In this document: positions 11,101-20,058 of the stretch, piece after piece
How positions within the stretch are numbered: the stretch's first letter is position 1
Layout: every line of letters begins with the position of its first letter
Origin: a virus
Taxonomy: Duplodnaviria > Caudoviricetes
Virus record (IMG/VR): IMGVR_UViG_3300032087_006329
Coordinates: 1 to 52,198 of that record
Direction: 5' to 3' (one strand)
Length of the DNA stretch: 52,198 nucleotides
The notes under the pieces: generated by a model
What the model saw: only the letters and a program-made list of their open reading frames with translations
Databases searched by the model: none
What the model was told of the DNA's origin: nothing
Position numbers and translations under genes: made by a program

Positions 11101-11625
11101 GATGACAAGATCGAAGTGGAAACTCTGAACGACGCAGCTATAGCTGACCTCATCGGAGCAACGAGCGTAAACGATGTTGACTATCTAAGGCCAACCGAGA
11201 TCGAGCTCGATAATCGCATGCTGGTCGAGGTTTCCGTGGCTCAAGCTTTGGACGAAGACATCATGAACATCTTTGCTTCTTTCGAAGAGTTGGAGAAAGC
11301 GTTGGGGGCCGGAGAGAAACTATTTGCACACAACTACTCGGACCTCAGACATCTTCGTGAAATTTATTTCAATCGATTGAACGACAAGATCAACCTTGGC
11401 ACTTTCTTCGATTTCTTCAGATTCTTCGACAAGACTTTGGAAACATTATTGAGAGCTGTATTGCCTCAAAATACAAATTTCTTGGGCGTACACTTCATTG
11501 TTGAGCCCCATGTTCTTGAAAGAGGAAAGGTCAAATACTACGGGGAAGACATCTATCTTTCGCCTGAAGACAAAGTCATTTCAGAGCCTCAGAACTTTGA
11601 AGACGTTGAAGGAGTGGTTGAGTAA
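8149..11625 (+). CDS. Large baseplate wedge protein with LamG/ConA-like domains (gp7-like position)
   Basis: FNHIVAQF...IYVD...LSGAIDELRIF...LKLYYKFNE (LamG); IIRSKGTRSAVR (tail-P2-I/gp7-like); a second FSGKLAELRFWS; IVEPHVLERGK. Confidence 0.7.
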   Translation: MMSQRDFRDLTSLFEPSVSRGSTTKKVESVQNVTLDSIGEGFSFPTESFRLDPPGSPLKNTQQIPLDYSKFENHTFFNSAESNVNVAFSRIINNYPFDGTANDVQKFLDGLTGFEKYVFDQFPKYKNFARFLASDSTVITVDDFAGTSLPTLSRDKTGKSILDPGTNSISFEMQYFSPSETTSPSVLLQKLSGSSGFSIVASGSAGSADERLQVYFSSASIGLSASFDVPKGQFNHIVAQFNRLPGKQQLEIYVDSLLSATSSAASEFGNIDFAVSPLTIGSGSAHASPGFVTFTPTATLSGAIDELRIFHTTRSIDDQKTFATQNIFPSSDLKLYYKFNEVTGTYGGNTIVLDGSGNSLHGSYASSAVAAASRGTAGQFPGLSNPMILERLQDNPVLFPGFGTTVSLNSDLLSSASQYDANNPNIITKLVPQHYLLEAAQAEGFANEDANTGDALIEAQGAPGGAKLPSSQIIATLLFMYAKFFDELKIYIDHMSKLNNVGYDSEDTIADTFLIDRAKQLGFDLPSQFTAANFAQFLLAKNIDVTSKISSTNLVDAQNKLWRRFLVSLPEIIRSKGTRSAVRGIFNTLGIEEGKIFKTIEFGGRNVDKIETAKIEKTVDFKFIDFSGSFAGTTAVDGSGFPTDKPLIKASFLSSSRIEPGAPLPGGTLTSAGTDYASDGLFTSASFSVEGIYKFDTPLTGTHFLSQSLFRIESTGSLAGLTTPVYANVVALRPDIELGATGTVIAFTADSTISRSSATLVLTGVNIFDGNAHHVSFGRKKLSGSNPSATDAEKAEYFISVRDVGTYAPRVFTTKQSAIVVGNATGYSQTGSLNTSGSFVVVGSQSLESTALSQTLISNDYNGTSAKATEFSGKLAELRFWSKALKEEELAAHALNPDSLGVINPHVNFDFGTTLSGSWERLRLAATMQQPTTNSDSSGNITLFDYAQGVTTVAGTGFEASKRVIKKDRQRTIRFSPHFDVNSTDDKIEVETLNDAAIADLIGATSVNDVDYLRPTEIELDNRMLVEVSVAQALDEDIMNIFASFEELEKALGAGEKLFAHNYSDLRHLREIYFNRLNDKINLGTFFDFFRFFDKTLETLLRAVLPQNTNFLGVHFIVEPHVLERGKVKYYGEDIYLSPEDKVISEPQNFEDVEGVVE

Positions 11626-12509
11626 TGGCTAAAATTTCAGAGACAATTATCGGAGATTCAGCCGACGTACAGGGTGCATCAGTTCTCGATTTCAAATTTT
11701 ACGGTTCGAGATCAGGTCTATTTCCAACAATCACATCCGTTGCTGAACCAAAGCTGATCATCAGTGGAACGAAGGATCTATCTAGCGTAACTTCCTTTGA
11801 CGACACTATCGGAACAACGACCATTTCAGGTTCATCGTTTATTGATGTCGAGAAAAGAGAGTTAGTTCCTAACCATGGGATAATTCCAAGGAACCCAGGG
11901 TCGCCAGTTGATTACGATGGAGCGGTGTCGTTTAAGGACCGTGATGACGCATCTATTTCGGTTTCATCACCGAATCTGTCGACAGATCTAAAGTCCCAGT
12001 ATCGAGCAGGCCTTCTTTCCAAGGAATTTAGGGACAGCGGTAATGCTGTTGCGTTGTCTTCGCTTCCTCGCGAAATCATTGTATACTCCGGTGTGAAGGG
12101 TTCATCCACGGCAATGATCGGAACTTTCTTCGGAGGGGCGGAAAGTCACTTTTCTGGTGAGACACTCATAACTGACATCATTGATACAAACGCTTCCGCA
12201 TGCAGGGGCTTCATTGATGCTGCCACGTCGAACCTTGGAATGACCAACCTGGTAACAGGATCTTTCTTTGCGGAAGACATTAGTAACACACCGTTTACAG
12301 ATCAGACTGACAAGGAAGTTCTCTTCGAAGTGTTTACCGACACCGAAATCAAGAATACGCTTCCATCATCGGTTAGCGGATCAGTTTTTTCCAACGAGCT
12401 TCTTCCTGGAGAAAGATTTGCAGCCGGCGGATTTACATATGAACCAACGTCTTTTGGACCAGACACTCATGGAACTGACTCTGTCGCATACGGGGGCTTG
12501 TTAAAGTAA
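11625..12509 (+). CDS. Putative virion structural protein
   Basis: TAATG coupling at both ends; S/T/G/D-rich; lies inside the baseplate operon. Confidence 0.55.
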   Translation: MAKISETIIGDSADVQGASVLDFKFYGSRSGLFPTITSVAEPKLIISGTKDLSSVTSFDDTIGTTTISGSSFIDVEKRELVPNHGIIPRNPGSPVDYDGAVSFKDRDDASISVSSPNLSTDLKSQYRAGLLSKEFRDSGNAVALSSLPREIIVYSGVKGSSTAMIGTFFGGAESHFSGETLITDIIDTNASACRGFIDAATSNLGMTNLVTGSFFAEDISNTPFTDQTDKEVLFEVFTDTEIKNTLPSSVSGSVFSNELLPGERFAAGGFTYEPTSFGPDTHGTDSVAYGGLLK

Positions 12510-14965
12510 TGGCTGTTATAAGCGGATCAGTAACGAAGTCCGGGATTGTTTCACTTCCCGGAAAGGTGTTGAGAGCAAGATTTGACCAAAATGTTCAAGC
12601 AACCCCAGCAATAACCAGAACTGGCGATCAAGACTACTCAGCTGAATTTATCACTCCTTTCGATGATACCGACGCCCTAGTATTTACATCGCAGACGATC
12701 GTGGCAGGAACCGGGTTACCGGTAGGAAATTCCATGATCGAAAGGCTTGTCGCCACACCGAACACTGCCCCAACTCTACAGATAGCTCAATCGGTAGAAG
12801 TTAGCGTTCTCGACAATCGGTCGATGTACCTTAATCCAGACATTCAGGCTTTTAAAGGATTCAACGATTCGAGGGTTTACGTTGAGGCCGGTGTTAGTGG
12901 ATCTTCTTTCTACGCAACGGGGACGAATGAAAACGTTTTACCTGGTTTTGAGTCTCCTCTATCGTCAAAAGTTCAGATTGTCGTAGACCTTCCGAACACC
13001 TCTGATCGAGTGCTGGGTCGAAACACTGCTGCAAGATCCGATGCACAGGACGCCTCAGGCGAATTTGCAGGACAAGATCTTACGGGCTTCGTGTACTACA
13101 ACTTTACTTTGGGACGCTGGGAACAGATCGGCCTCACTGATCCCGCAACTGGAAACTCGATCCCCTACGATTACGCGGCGGAGCTAAAAGATTACGGCTC
13201 AGACTCAGTAAACTACCTGATAAGCAGTGGCTCCAACAATTACCCCATGCAGTTTAAGCCACCGACAAACCAAAGCGCGGCTTCCAATAAAGCAAATGCT
13301 GCAACGAACGGTATGCAAAAAACCGGCTGTCCTACGATTGCATCTATGGCTCCTTTCAAAACAATTTATCATGCAACTGCTAGCCAAACGTTAAGCATGA
13401 AGAATCTGATCAATCATCCATTCTTGCTTGAAAAAGCAGTCTTAGAGTTTCCGTTTACTGCAAGGCATCGGTATGATGGAGATGCGGATACCCATGGATG
13501 GGGCTTAGACAACTATACTTTCTTCGTGTACAGACAGGTGGCGCCCAAAGACCAGTTCGGATCACGAGACTCAGCATCGGTAGTAACCGGTTCAAACCGA
13601 TTCTTGGTTTGCAGCTCGTCTCTTTGCATTTTTAATTCCACTGGAAAAACTACTACCCCGACAGGCAACTTTACTGGATTCTCGCCATCGCATACCCCGG
13701 CACAGTCATTTGATCTGGGGGTTGACGCAACAAGCTTGATTACGACGATTGCTTCGGTTACCGGAACAATGAGGCTAGAAATCGTTCCTGCTGTAACCCC
13801 TGCTCAAGACCTGGCATTCCACTCCATTCCTACAACTGACTTTGTAAACAGCCTTCCGCAGGCTATCTTTAATCACATGTGGCCTGGCGGAACTTCGGTA
13901 AACCCATTCTTTGAACTAGCTTCAGGATACACGGGCAAAGACGGCGTTTCAGCCAGCTACGCAATAACGGCATCTGCCGGTCATTCCTTCAACCCAAGAA
14001 CGTTTCAGCAGTTTCCTGAATCGAGAAATCTGCAAACGTTTTTTGGAAATTTACCGATACAAAGCTTCGAAGGCCGCCCAACAAAGACGGTTGGCGGAGT
14101 TAATTCTACATTCGCTGCTGGCGCAGGTGTTCTTGCAACCAATGTTGCCGGAGCAAACTCTGTTGTAAGCCCTTACCTTCTGCTACCGGACGATGAGCTT
14201 GTTTTCGGATTTGACGCAGGGATCGGTCAGCCAATCCGTGCAGAGAACGAACGGTTTACGATTCTCACTTCATCTTTCGCAACACTGAAGGCCGGCACCG
14301 GAAAACTAACCCTTTTCGGAAGCTTGCTTCAGGATAGTAAAGAATATTTCCCAACCACAAATCAACCGCTTACGACTGTGGAAATTCAAGAAACACTACA
14401 CTACGATAACCCTGTCTTGGATCAATTCGACGTAAATCGGTTTGAGATGTTCTCGGGGTCAAATCAGGAAGAAACCATCGGTGGAGGCTACGGCATCACC
14501 GCATGGGACAATCAGTTCTCGGGCGGGATTTCAGGGGATCGCAGAGTCATTGGAACAAGAAACAGAGGAACGCTTGGAACGACCGGTTCACTCCAGCGAT
14601 TCGATCGCATACCTTCTGAAAACGAAAGGTTCGTTGATGACAACAAGAAAAATTCTGCGGTGTTCAGATACAATCACTTCGGCCACATCCGCGACATGAT
14701 CGAACCAGCTCTGGATGGCACCTTCCGTGGAGATCCCAGGCAAAAGAATGCGGGTCTGGTTTCACCGCCTATCTTCGTGAAGTTCATGAGGGACGGCGCT
14801 CAAACAGATCCTGCAAACACGTTTTCTCAAAACCTCAGCACGTTCGCAACGAGTTCGTTGGTGTATGTCGACAATCCAGCTTCCACTCTCAAGAATCCAT
14901 TGCCCGGCCAGGACCGCCCGGATAATCCAGACGAGACAATCAACGAAGAGCTGGAGATTGACTGA
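12509..14965 (+). CDS. Putative baseplate/tail structural protein
   Basis: 818 aa, translationally coupled, S/T/G-rich and beta-like. Confidence 0.55.
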   Translation: MAVISGSVTKSGIVSLPGKVLRARFDQNVQATPAITRTGDQDYSAEFITPFDDTDALVFTSQTIVAGTGLPVGNSMIERLVATPNTAPTLQIAQSVEVSVLDNRSMYLNPDIQAFKGFNDSRVYVEAGVSGSSFYATGTNENVLPGFESPLSSKVQIVVDLPNTSDRVLGRNTAARSDAQDASGEFAGQDLTGFVYYNFTLGRWEQIGLTDPATGNSIPYDYAAELKDYGSDSVNYLISSGSNNYPMQFKPPTNQSAASNKANAATNGMQKTGCPTIASMAPFKTIYHATASQTLSMKNLINHPFLLEKAVLEFPFTARHRYDGDADTHGWGLDNYTFFVYRQVAPKDQFGSRDSASVVTGSNRFLVCSSSLCIFNSTGKTTTPTGNFTGFSPSHTPAQSFDLGVDATSLITTIASVTGTMRLEIVPAVTPAQDLAFHSIPTTDFVNSLPQAIFNHMWPGGTSVNPFFELASGYTGKDGVSASYAITASAGHSFNPRTFQQFPESRNLQTFFGNLPIQSFEGRPTKTVGGVNSTFAAGAGVLATNVAGANSVVSPYLLLPDDELVFGFDAGIGQPIRAENERFTILTSSFATLKAGTGKLTLFGSLLQDSKEYFPTTNQPLTTVEIQETLHYDNPVLDQFDVNRFEMFSGSNQEETIGGGYGITAWDNQFSGGISGDRRVIGTRNRGTLGTTGSLQRFDRIPSENERFVDDNKKNSAVFRYNHFGHIRDMIEPALDGTFRGDPRQKNAGLVSPPIFVKFMRDGAQTDPANTFSQNLSTFATSSLVYVDNPASTLKNPLPGQDRPDNPDETINEELEID

Positions 14966-17832
14966 TGGCGCTGAAGCTTAAGAGAGAAGTTGTTGTCAGG
15001 TCGAAGTTCCTGACAAGGAAAGATTCTCTGACCGGTGAAATTATCTCCGTCATTGCGCCTAACGGCTTGCAGGTGGGCCTCTCAGGATCCAACAGCGTAT
15101 CCGCAGAATTTAACTCTTATGGTAAGTCAAAGTTTTACGAAGGTCTCTCAGGAAGCCTAACACAGCTTACTGACGGCACGTCATACCTTATTGCTGGCTC
15201 GAACGTAACGATTGCATCTGCTTCAAACGGTGCCGTTACAATCTCTTCGACTGGTGGAGGAGGAAGCGGATCGCCAGGCGGAAGCAATACACAGGTACAG
15301 TTTAATGACGGCGGATCTTTCGGTGGCGATGCAGGTTTCGCTTACAACAAGACAACGGATACTGTCACTGTTGCCGGAGCAGTAACCGCAAGTCTCGGTC
15401 TTTCTGGGTCTCTTACGAAACTGGTCGATGGTACATCCTATCTCATCGCAGGTTCGAACGTAACGATTTCATCAACCTCGAACGGCCCTGTCACAATCTC
15501 TTCAACGCAGGTTTCTCCAGCCGGCTCTGATACCCAATTCCAGTACAACGATGGTGGTTCCTTCGGCGGTGCAGCAGACCTTACATTCAACGATAGCACC
15601 GGTGACGTTACTGTCGGAGCATCAACCGGCGATGCCAAGCTGTTCTTTAGAGACTCCGGAATATTCGTAAACTCGCCTGCGGACGGCAATCTTGCGGTTG
15701 AGGCAGATGGGAAGGTCCTGATTCTTTCGGGCGGTGCAGCCGCATCAAATGACGAAGCTGCTGCATCTGACGTTAAGGTGTATTTCTCCGGCAGTCTTGA
15801 TGGCAGCAATAAAGTTCTGTTCGGTGGTGACATAATGGTCAGCGGCACGGTTAACGTCACCACAGACGAAGCTACGCCTACCGTTGCAAGGTTTGAAAGT
15901 TTGTCAACGGAAACTACGTTTGGACCGATATTCGTTTTAGATCGCGAGGAAAAAGCAAACGTTGCAGACGGTATGGGCTCTGGTCTTATAAACTTTCAAG
16001 GCCAAACTGATACTGGCGCCGGCGTAGGCTACGCAAGAATCTCTGCCGAAGCCTCCGATGTATCAGACGGTGCAGCCAAAGGCAAGTTGATTTTACGAGT
16101 CCAGCAAAGTGTTACTACTACAGAGCCTAACGCTGTTGAAGAAATCATGTCACTAGACGGAGGAAATGCTAGCACTGGTCCGTCCGTTGTTATCAATGAC
16201 CTAAGCTATGACGTTGACTTCCGCGTCGAATCAAACGATGAAACCCACATGCTGTTTGTTGACGGAGGAAACAACCGGGTCAGCATTGGAGACTCCACAG
16301 ACGCCCCAGCAGCAACGCTTGAAGTTACAAACCACGCTTCTGCTGGTGCAACTGGCGTCCCACTTCTCCAACTTAACAGCAACGATACTGATGAAATTGC
16401 CCTCGATATTAATGCAGCCAACATCGACGCAGATGTAATTGATATCGCAGCCGACGCAGTAACCACAGCTTTTGTCATGGATGTTACCGCAGACGGACTT
16501 ACAACAGGCGGCATCCTAAATCTTGTTTCTGATTCAAGTGACGGGTCGAATCAGCGATCACTTGTTAAAATTCACAACGATAATACTGCGGCAGTTCAGG
16601 TTACATCTTTGAACATTACCAATGATGCAGCGGGCACTAGACAAGATGTGCTTATAAGCACTGCGACGACAACCGGTGATGTATTTGACATTAATTGCGA
16701 CTCATTAACAACAGGTAATACTATAGACGTTTCAGCGGATGGACTCACTACAGGCGGTATCCTAAACCTTGTTTCGGATTCTTCAGATACAAGCGATAGA
16801 ACACTTGTCAAAGTCACTAACGATAACACAGGTGCAACTGGCACCACAGTTATGCATCTTAAGAGCGATGCTGTAACTGATGATAATCCAATTTTGCTTA
16901 TCGAATCCTCTGCTGCCGACACTGGTCCCGTTCTCGAACTAAGAAATACAAACGCCGGCACTAACCGTGAAGCAATCTTGAGATTTACAAGAAGCGATTC
17001 ATCTGCCGAAGCAGATGACATGGACATTGGGCGTTTGCAGTTTGAGGCTGTTGACAGTGGCAACAATGATACTATATATGTAGCTATTTTGGCAGAGGCT
17101 TCTGATGTCACAAGCGGAGACGAAGGAGGTCTATTAAAGTTTAGACTGTTCTCCGGAGGAACGGGTGGAACAGCCGCTTCCAATACACTGTTTTCAATCG
17201 GCGGTGAAGATGTTGCTAACTCAACACCTTGTGAAGTGGTTGTCAACGAAGACGGTATCGATTGCAACTTCCGTGCCGAAAGCGATAACAATACACACAT
17301 GCTCTATGTTGATGCCGGTGACGACACCGTTACGGTCGGAGCAGATGATTCTCTCCACAAAGACGGCTTCGCAGTCATTAACGACTATCAGTCAACAACT
17401 TTTGAGAACAAGCTTGCGGATGGAGAGTTTGGAAGCGCCGAAATCTTAAAGTACTCGCCCGGAGCAAATGATACTCTTACGGCAGGGCAACTGTTTTTCT
17501 TGAATGCAGATGGAACTTGGGATCAGACCGACGCCGATGCAGTTGCAACGGGAGCCAGCCAACTTTTGGGCGTAGGCTTGGGCGGTTCTTCTAGAACGGT
17601 GGGCTGCTTGATTAGAGGTTTCATAAAAATCCCTTCTACCGAAATACTAAATAAGCCAGGCTCCGTTGATGGAAAGCCGCTCTATGTTTCAACGACTGCT
17701 GGGCATTTTGATTTTAACGCTCCATCCGCTAGCAGCGACTTTGTGAGAATTGTTGGATATGCAATTGATGATGACAGCAATGATGTTCTCGTCTACTTCA
17801 ATCCTGACGGCACCTTCGTGGAGATTGCGTAA
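14965..17832 (+). CDS. Tail fibre / receptor-binding protein (mosaic, internally repeated)
   Basis: PGGSNTQVQFNDGGSFGG fibre motifs, duplicated modules, C-terminal G.PLYVSTTAG...P....FVRIVGYA...VYFNP domain. Confidence 0.8.
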   Translation: MALKLKREVVVRSKFLTRKDSLTGEIISVIAPNGLQVGLSGSNSVSAEFNSYGKSKFYEGLSGSLTQLTDGTSYLIAGSNVTIASASNGAVTISSTGGGGSGSPGGSNTQVQFNDGGSFGGDAGFAYNKTTDTVTVAGAVTASLGLSGSLTKLVDGTSYLIAGSNVTISSTSNGPVTISSTQVSPAGSDTQFQYNDGGSFGGAADLTFNDSTGDVTVGASTGDAKLFFRDSGIFVNSPADGNLAVEADGKVLILSGGAAASNDEAAASDVKVYFSGSLDGSNKVLFGGDIMVSGTVNVTTDEATPTVARFESLSTETTFGPIFVLDREEKANVADGMGSGLINFQGQTDTGAGVGYARISAEASDVSDGAAKGKLILRVQQSVTTTEPNAVEEIMSLDGGNASTGPSVVINDLSYDVDFRVESNDETHMLFVDGGNNRVSIGDSTDAPAATLEVTNHASAGATGVPLLQLNSNDTDEIALDINAANIDADVIDIAADAVTTAFVMDVTADGLTTGGILNLVSDSSDGSNQRSLVKIHNDNTAAVQVTSLNITNDAAGTRQDVLISTATTTGDVFDINCDSLTTGNTIDVSADGLTTGGILNLVSDSSDTSDRTLVKVTNDNTGATGTTVMHLKSDAVTDDNPILLIESSAADTGPVLELRNTNAGTNREAILRFTRSDSSAEADDMDIGRLQFEAVDSGNNDTIYVAILAEASDVTSGDEGGLLKFRLFSGGTGGTAASNTLFSIGGEDVANSTPCEVVVNEDGIDCNFRAESDNNTHMLYVDAGDDTVTVGADDSLHKDGFAVINDYQSTTFENKLADGEFGSAEILKYSPGANDTLTAGQLFFLNADGTWDQTDADAVATGASQLLGVGLGGSSRTVGCLIRGFIKIPSTEILNKPGSVDGKPLYVSTTAGHFDFNAPSASSDFVRIVGYAIDDDSNDVLVYFNPDGTFVEIA
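15142..15570 (+). repeat. Two copies of a fibre module, 255 nt apart
   Basis: GLSGSLT(Q/K)L(T/V)DGTSYLIAGSNVTI.S.SNG.VTISST...SP.GS.TQ.Q.NDGGSFGG starts at 15142 and again at 15397. Confidence 0.9.
16480..16830 (+). repeat. Two copies of a fibre module, 246 nt apart
   Basis: DV(T/S)ADGLTTGGILNLVSDSSD...R(S/T)LVK..NDNT at 16480 and 16726. Confidence 0.9.
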
Positions 17833-18437
17833 TGGGATACAAGGAAACATCGCTTACTTTCCACAAAGACAAAATCACCTATGTTGGCGATCCCGCCGAG
17901 GGCGGAGATTTTGGTGAGCACGAGCACCAAGAACTTGAAGTGATGATGTCCTGGGAAGAGCCGATCATGCGCCGAAGCGCGGAGTTTGTTTGCCGGAACG
18001 GTGGCAACATACTTGAGATCGGTTTTGGAATGGGCATTGCTTCCAACTACATTCAAGATCACGGTGTTTCATCCCACACGATTATTGAGTTACACCCGCA
18101 GATAGCCGAAAGGGCGAGGCAATGGGCTGCTGATAAGTCGAGTGTAACTGTGATCGAGGGCGACTGGATCGATGTTCTTCCCAATCTAGGAAGTTTTGAT
18201 GGCATCTTTTTTGATACCTACGGCTTGTTTGGGCACTGGAACCAAGTGGCATCGCAAGTAATTGGTCACGCGAACATCGGGTGCCACATAACGTTCTGGA
18301 ACTGTTTATCCAAGGAAGCAAACGGGTGTGGGTTTAACGAATCTCACAACATAACTTACGAACAGATCAGCGTTGATCCTCCGCAGAACACCTACTTTAA
18401 CCACACAACCTATTACATGCCAAAGGTGGTTGCGTAG
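17832..18437 (+). CDS. Class I SAM-dependent methyltransferase, GAMT / RMT2 (arginine N-methyltransferase 2)-like
   Basis: VMMSWEEPIM, GGNILEIGFGMGI (motif I), HTIIELHP and FDGIFFDTY match the motif series of guanidinoacetate methyltransferase and RMT2. Confidence 0.85.
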   Translation: MGYKETSLTFHKDKITYVGDPAEGGDFGEHEHQELEVMMSWEEPIMRRSAEFVCRNGGNILEIGFGMGIASNYIQDHGVSSHTIIELHPQIAERARQWAADKSSVTVIEGDWIDVLPNLGSFDGIFFDTYGLFGHWNQVASQVIGHANIGCHITFWNCLSKEANGCGFNESHNITYEQISVDPPQNTYFNHTTYYMPKVVA

Positions 18438-19159
18438 TGCCAACCATATTTGCAGATTCTACAGATGGTCGAGTTGTTAACTTTAGGGCTTCGGGTGCTT
18501 CGTGGTCCACGGCTCGTGATGGGGGGACAGGAACAAGTGCTAGTTCCACTCTCACTAGTACAAACAACGCTGCTGGCGTCCAAGGCGCTACATCACGGGG
18601 AGGCTATTACGTCGTTGTCCGCTCTTTCTTTTCTTTTGATGTTAGTGGCATCACATCAACAGTAGCTTCGGCAACCCTGAATCTTAGAGGTTTTAGCACA
18701 AATTCCGGAGATGTCATCCTGATAAAAGCTAGCAAACCCGACGGCTCTAACCTCACCACAGCGGATTTTGATGCACTACCCGGATTTTCTGCTGGCAATA
18801 CGATGAGCGGAAACGTTACCGACTACTCTTCTGAAGTTACTTCTTGGTCAACTTCTGGCTACAACAGCATTACCCTAAACTCGACCGCTCTTTCAGATTT
18901 GACTAGCCTTAACAGCTTTATCGTTGCATTGGTGGAGTTTGATCACGACTACTCAAACGTTGCCCCTGCACAGGACGGAACGTTCTATCGTGTTGGTCTA
19001 TACTATTCGGACAACAGTGGGACATCCTTTGATCCGTACATTGACTACACTTTAGCACCAACTGGATATGCAAACAACGTTAATGGAGTTTCTTCGGCAA
19101 ACATCGGAAGCGTTATCGGCGTGGCAACGGCGAACATCGATAAAATCAACGGTGTCTGA
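18437..19159 (+). CDS. Putative fibre-associated virion protein (DNRLRE-like beta-sandwich)
   Basis: RSFFSFDVSGI...VASATLNL...DPYIDY; C-terminal pseudo-repeat NVNGVSSANIGSVIGVATANIDKINGV; TAGTG coupling. Confidence 0.6.
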   Translation: MPTIFADSTDGRVVNFRASGASWSTARDGGTGTSASSTLTSTNNAAGVQGATSRGGYYVVVRSFFSFDVSGITSTVASATLNLRGFSTNSGDVILIKASKPDGSNLTTADFDALPGFSAGNTMSGNVTDYSSEVTSWSTSGYNSITLNSTALSDLTSLNSFIVALVEFDHDYSNVAPAQDGTFYRVGLYYSDNSGTSFDPYIDYTLAPTGYANNVNGVSSANIGSVIGVATANIDKINGV

Positions 19160-19185
19160 CGTTTACCGGGCACTAAACATGCGAG

Positions 19186-19193
19186 ATACTTAA
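19186..19193 (+). promoter_or_regulatory. Putative late promoter ATACTTAA
   Basis: Intergenic, 4 nt before ATG 19198, which has no SD. Confidence 0.45.
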
Positions 19194-19197
19194 TACC

Positions 19198-20058
19198 ATG
19201 GCTGGAATCTTAGATCAAAACTCCAGAATACTTGACTTCGTTCTCACGACCGCCGGTCGCCGCCGGCTCGCAGAGGACGGAAACCTGGATATTTCCTTTG
19301 CTTCGTTCTCAGACAAGGGCGCGTACTATGCAAAAATGTCCAAGACAGGTTCTGTTGCCGATGATGGATCTAAGAGGCTGTACGTTGAGGCGAACTCGCC
19401 ACCGTCTGACAACTTGTACTTCATCAGCGGATCAGATTCCGAGGATGTTAGAGTTGAAGTATCCTCGGAGCAAAGATCATCGGATTTGTCAAGACGACTT
19501 TCGAATCTAAGCATTCTGCTAACCAGGCCAGACAGCCGGTCTTCAGAACAGTTTGAGTTTAGTACTTCTGGCTTCGACATGTCGTTCGTTCCAGAAATAG
19601 GTGATCTCGAACAATCGGTAACCTCAGACGTTTCAAACATGAGCGCGATCTTTCAAGATAAGAGATTTCAGCATTTTGACAATTACAAGTTTCTTCCGCC
19701 GATAAACTCCATCAGCGGACGACCTCTTGGCAATTTTACTAAGCTGAATGCAGAAGAAATTGTTACTCCAGCGCAGCTTGAGGAAGAATTACAACAAAAG
19801 AAAAACTTCAAGAAAACTTTTGAAGGAGATGTTTCTCCAACGAACATAACATTCAGAATATTGGAAACAGAAACATCTACAAGCGGTGACAACCTGGGGG
19901 AGAAAATTGCTTCTACACCATTACAGCTTGTTGACTACGGAAACTATTCTTTAAGCGACGGATCTAGAAAAAGAGTTTTCTTTGCAGGGAAAATTTTAGA
20001 GGACGTTGAGGGTATACCCGTTTTTGTCAACATGTTCACGGTGGTGTTTGATGATTAG
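19198..20058 (+). CDS. Virion structural protein, paralogue of 29048..29767
   Basis: N-terminus GILDQNSRILDFVLTTAGRRRLA...ISFASFSD aligns by eye with GFLDGTTNNIIIDAVLTDLGRTALS...ITRYSFGD. Confidence 0.6.
   Translation: MAGILDQNSRILDFVLTTAGRRRLAEDGNLDISFASFSDKGAYYAKMSKTGSVADDGSKRLYVEANSPPSDNLYFISGSDSEDVRVEVSSEQRSSDLSRRLSNLSILLTRPDSRSSEQFEFSTSGFDMSFVPEIGDLEQSVTSDVSNMSAIFQDKRFQHFDNYKFLPPINSISGRPLGNFTKLNAEEIVTPAQLEEELQQKKNFKKTFEGDVSPTNITFRILETETSTSGDNLGEKIASTPLQLVDYGNYSLSDGSRKRVFFAGKILEDVEGIPVFVNMFTVVFDD

Noticed and set aside
15142-16830. Fibre repeats as diversity-generating retroelement TR/VR pairs
   Set aside because: Differences are synonymous-type rather than adenine-specific, both copies are coding, and no reverse transcriptase is in the window.
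16206-17300. Long minus-strand ORFs (102 and 234 aa) opposite the tail fibre, and similar antisense ORFs throughout
   Set aside because: They are codon-aligned shadows of plus-strand genes with no protein motifs.
17832-18437. Methyltransferase as a DNA (restriction-modification) methylase
   Set aside because: No DPPY/NPPY or PC catalytic motif; the motifs match GAMT/RMT2.
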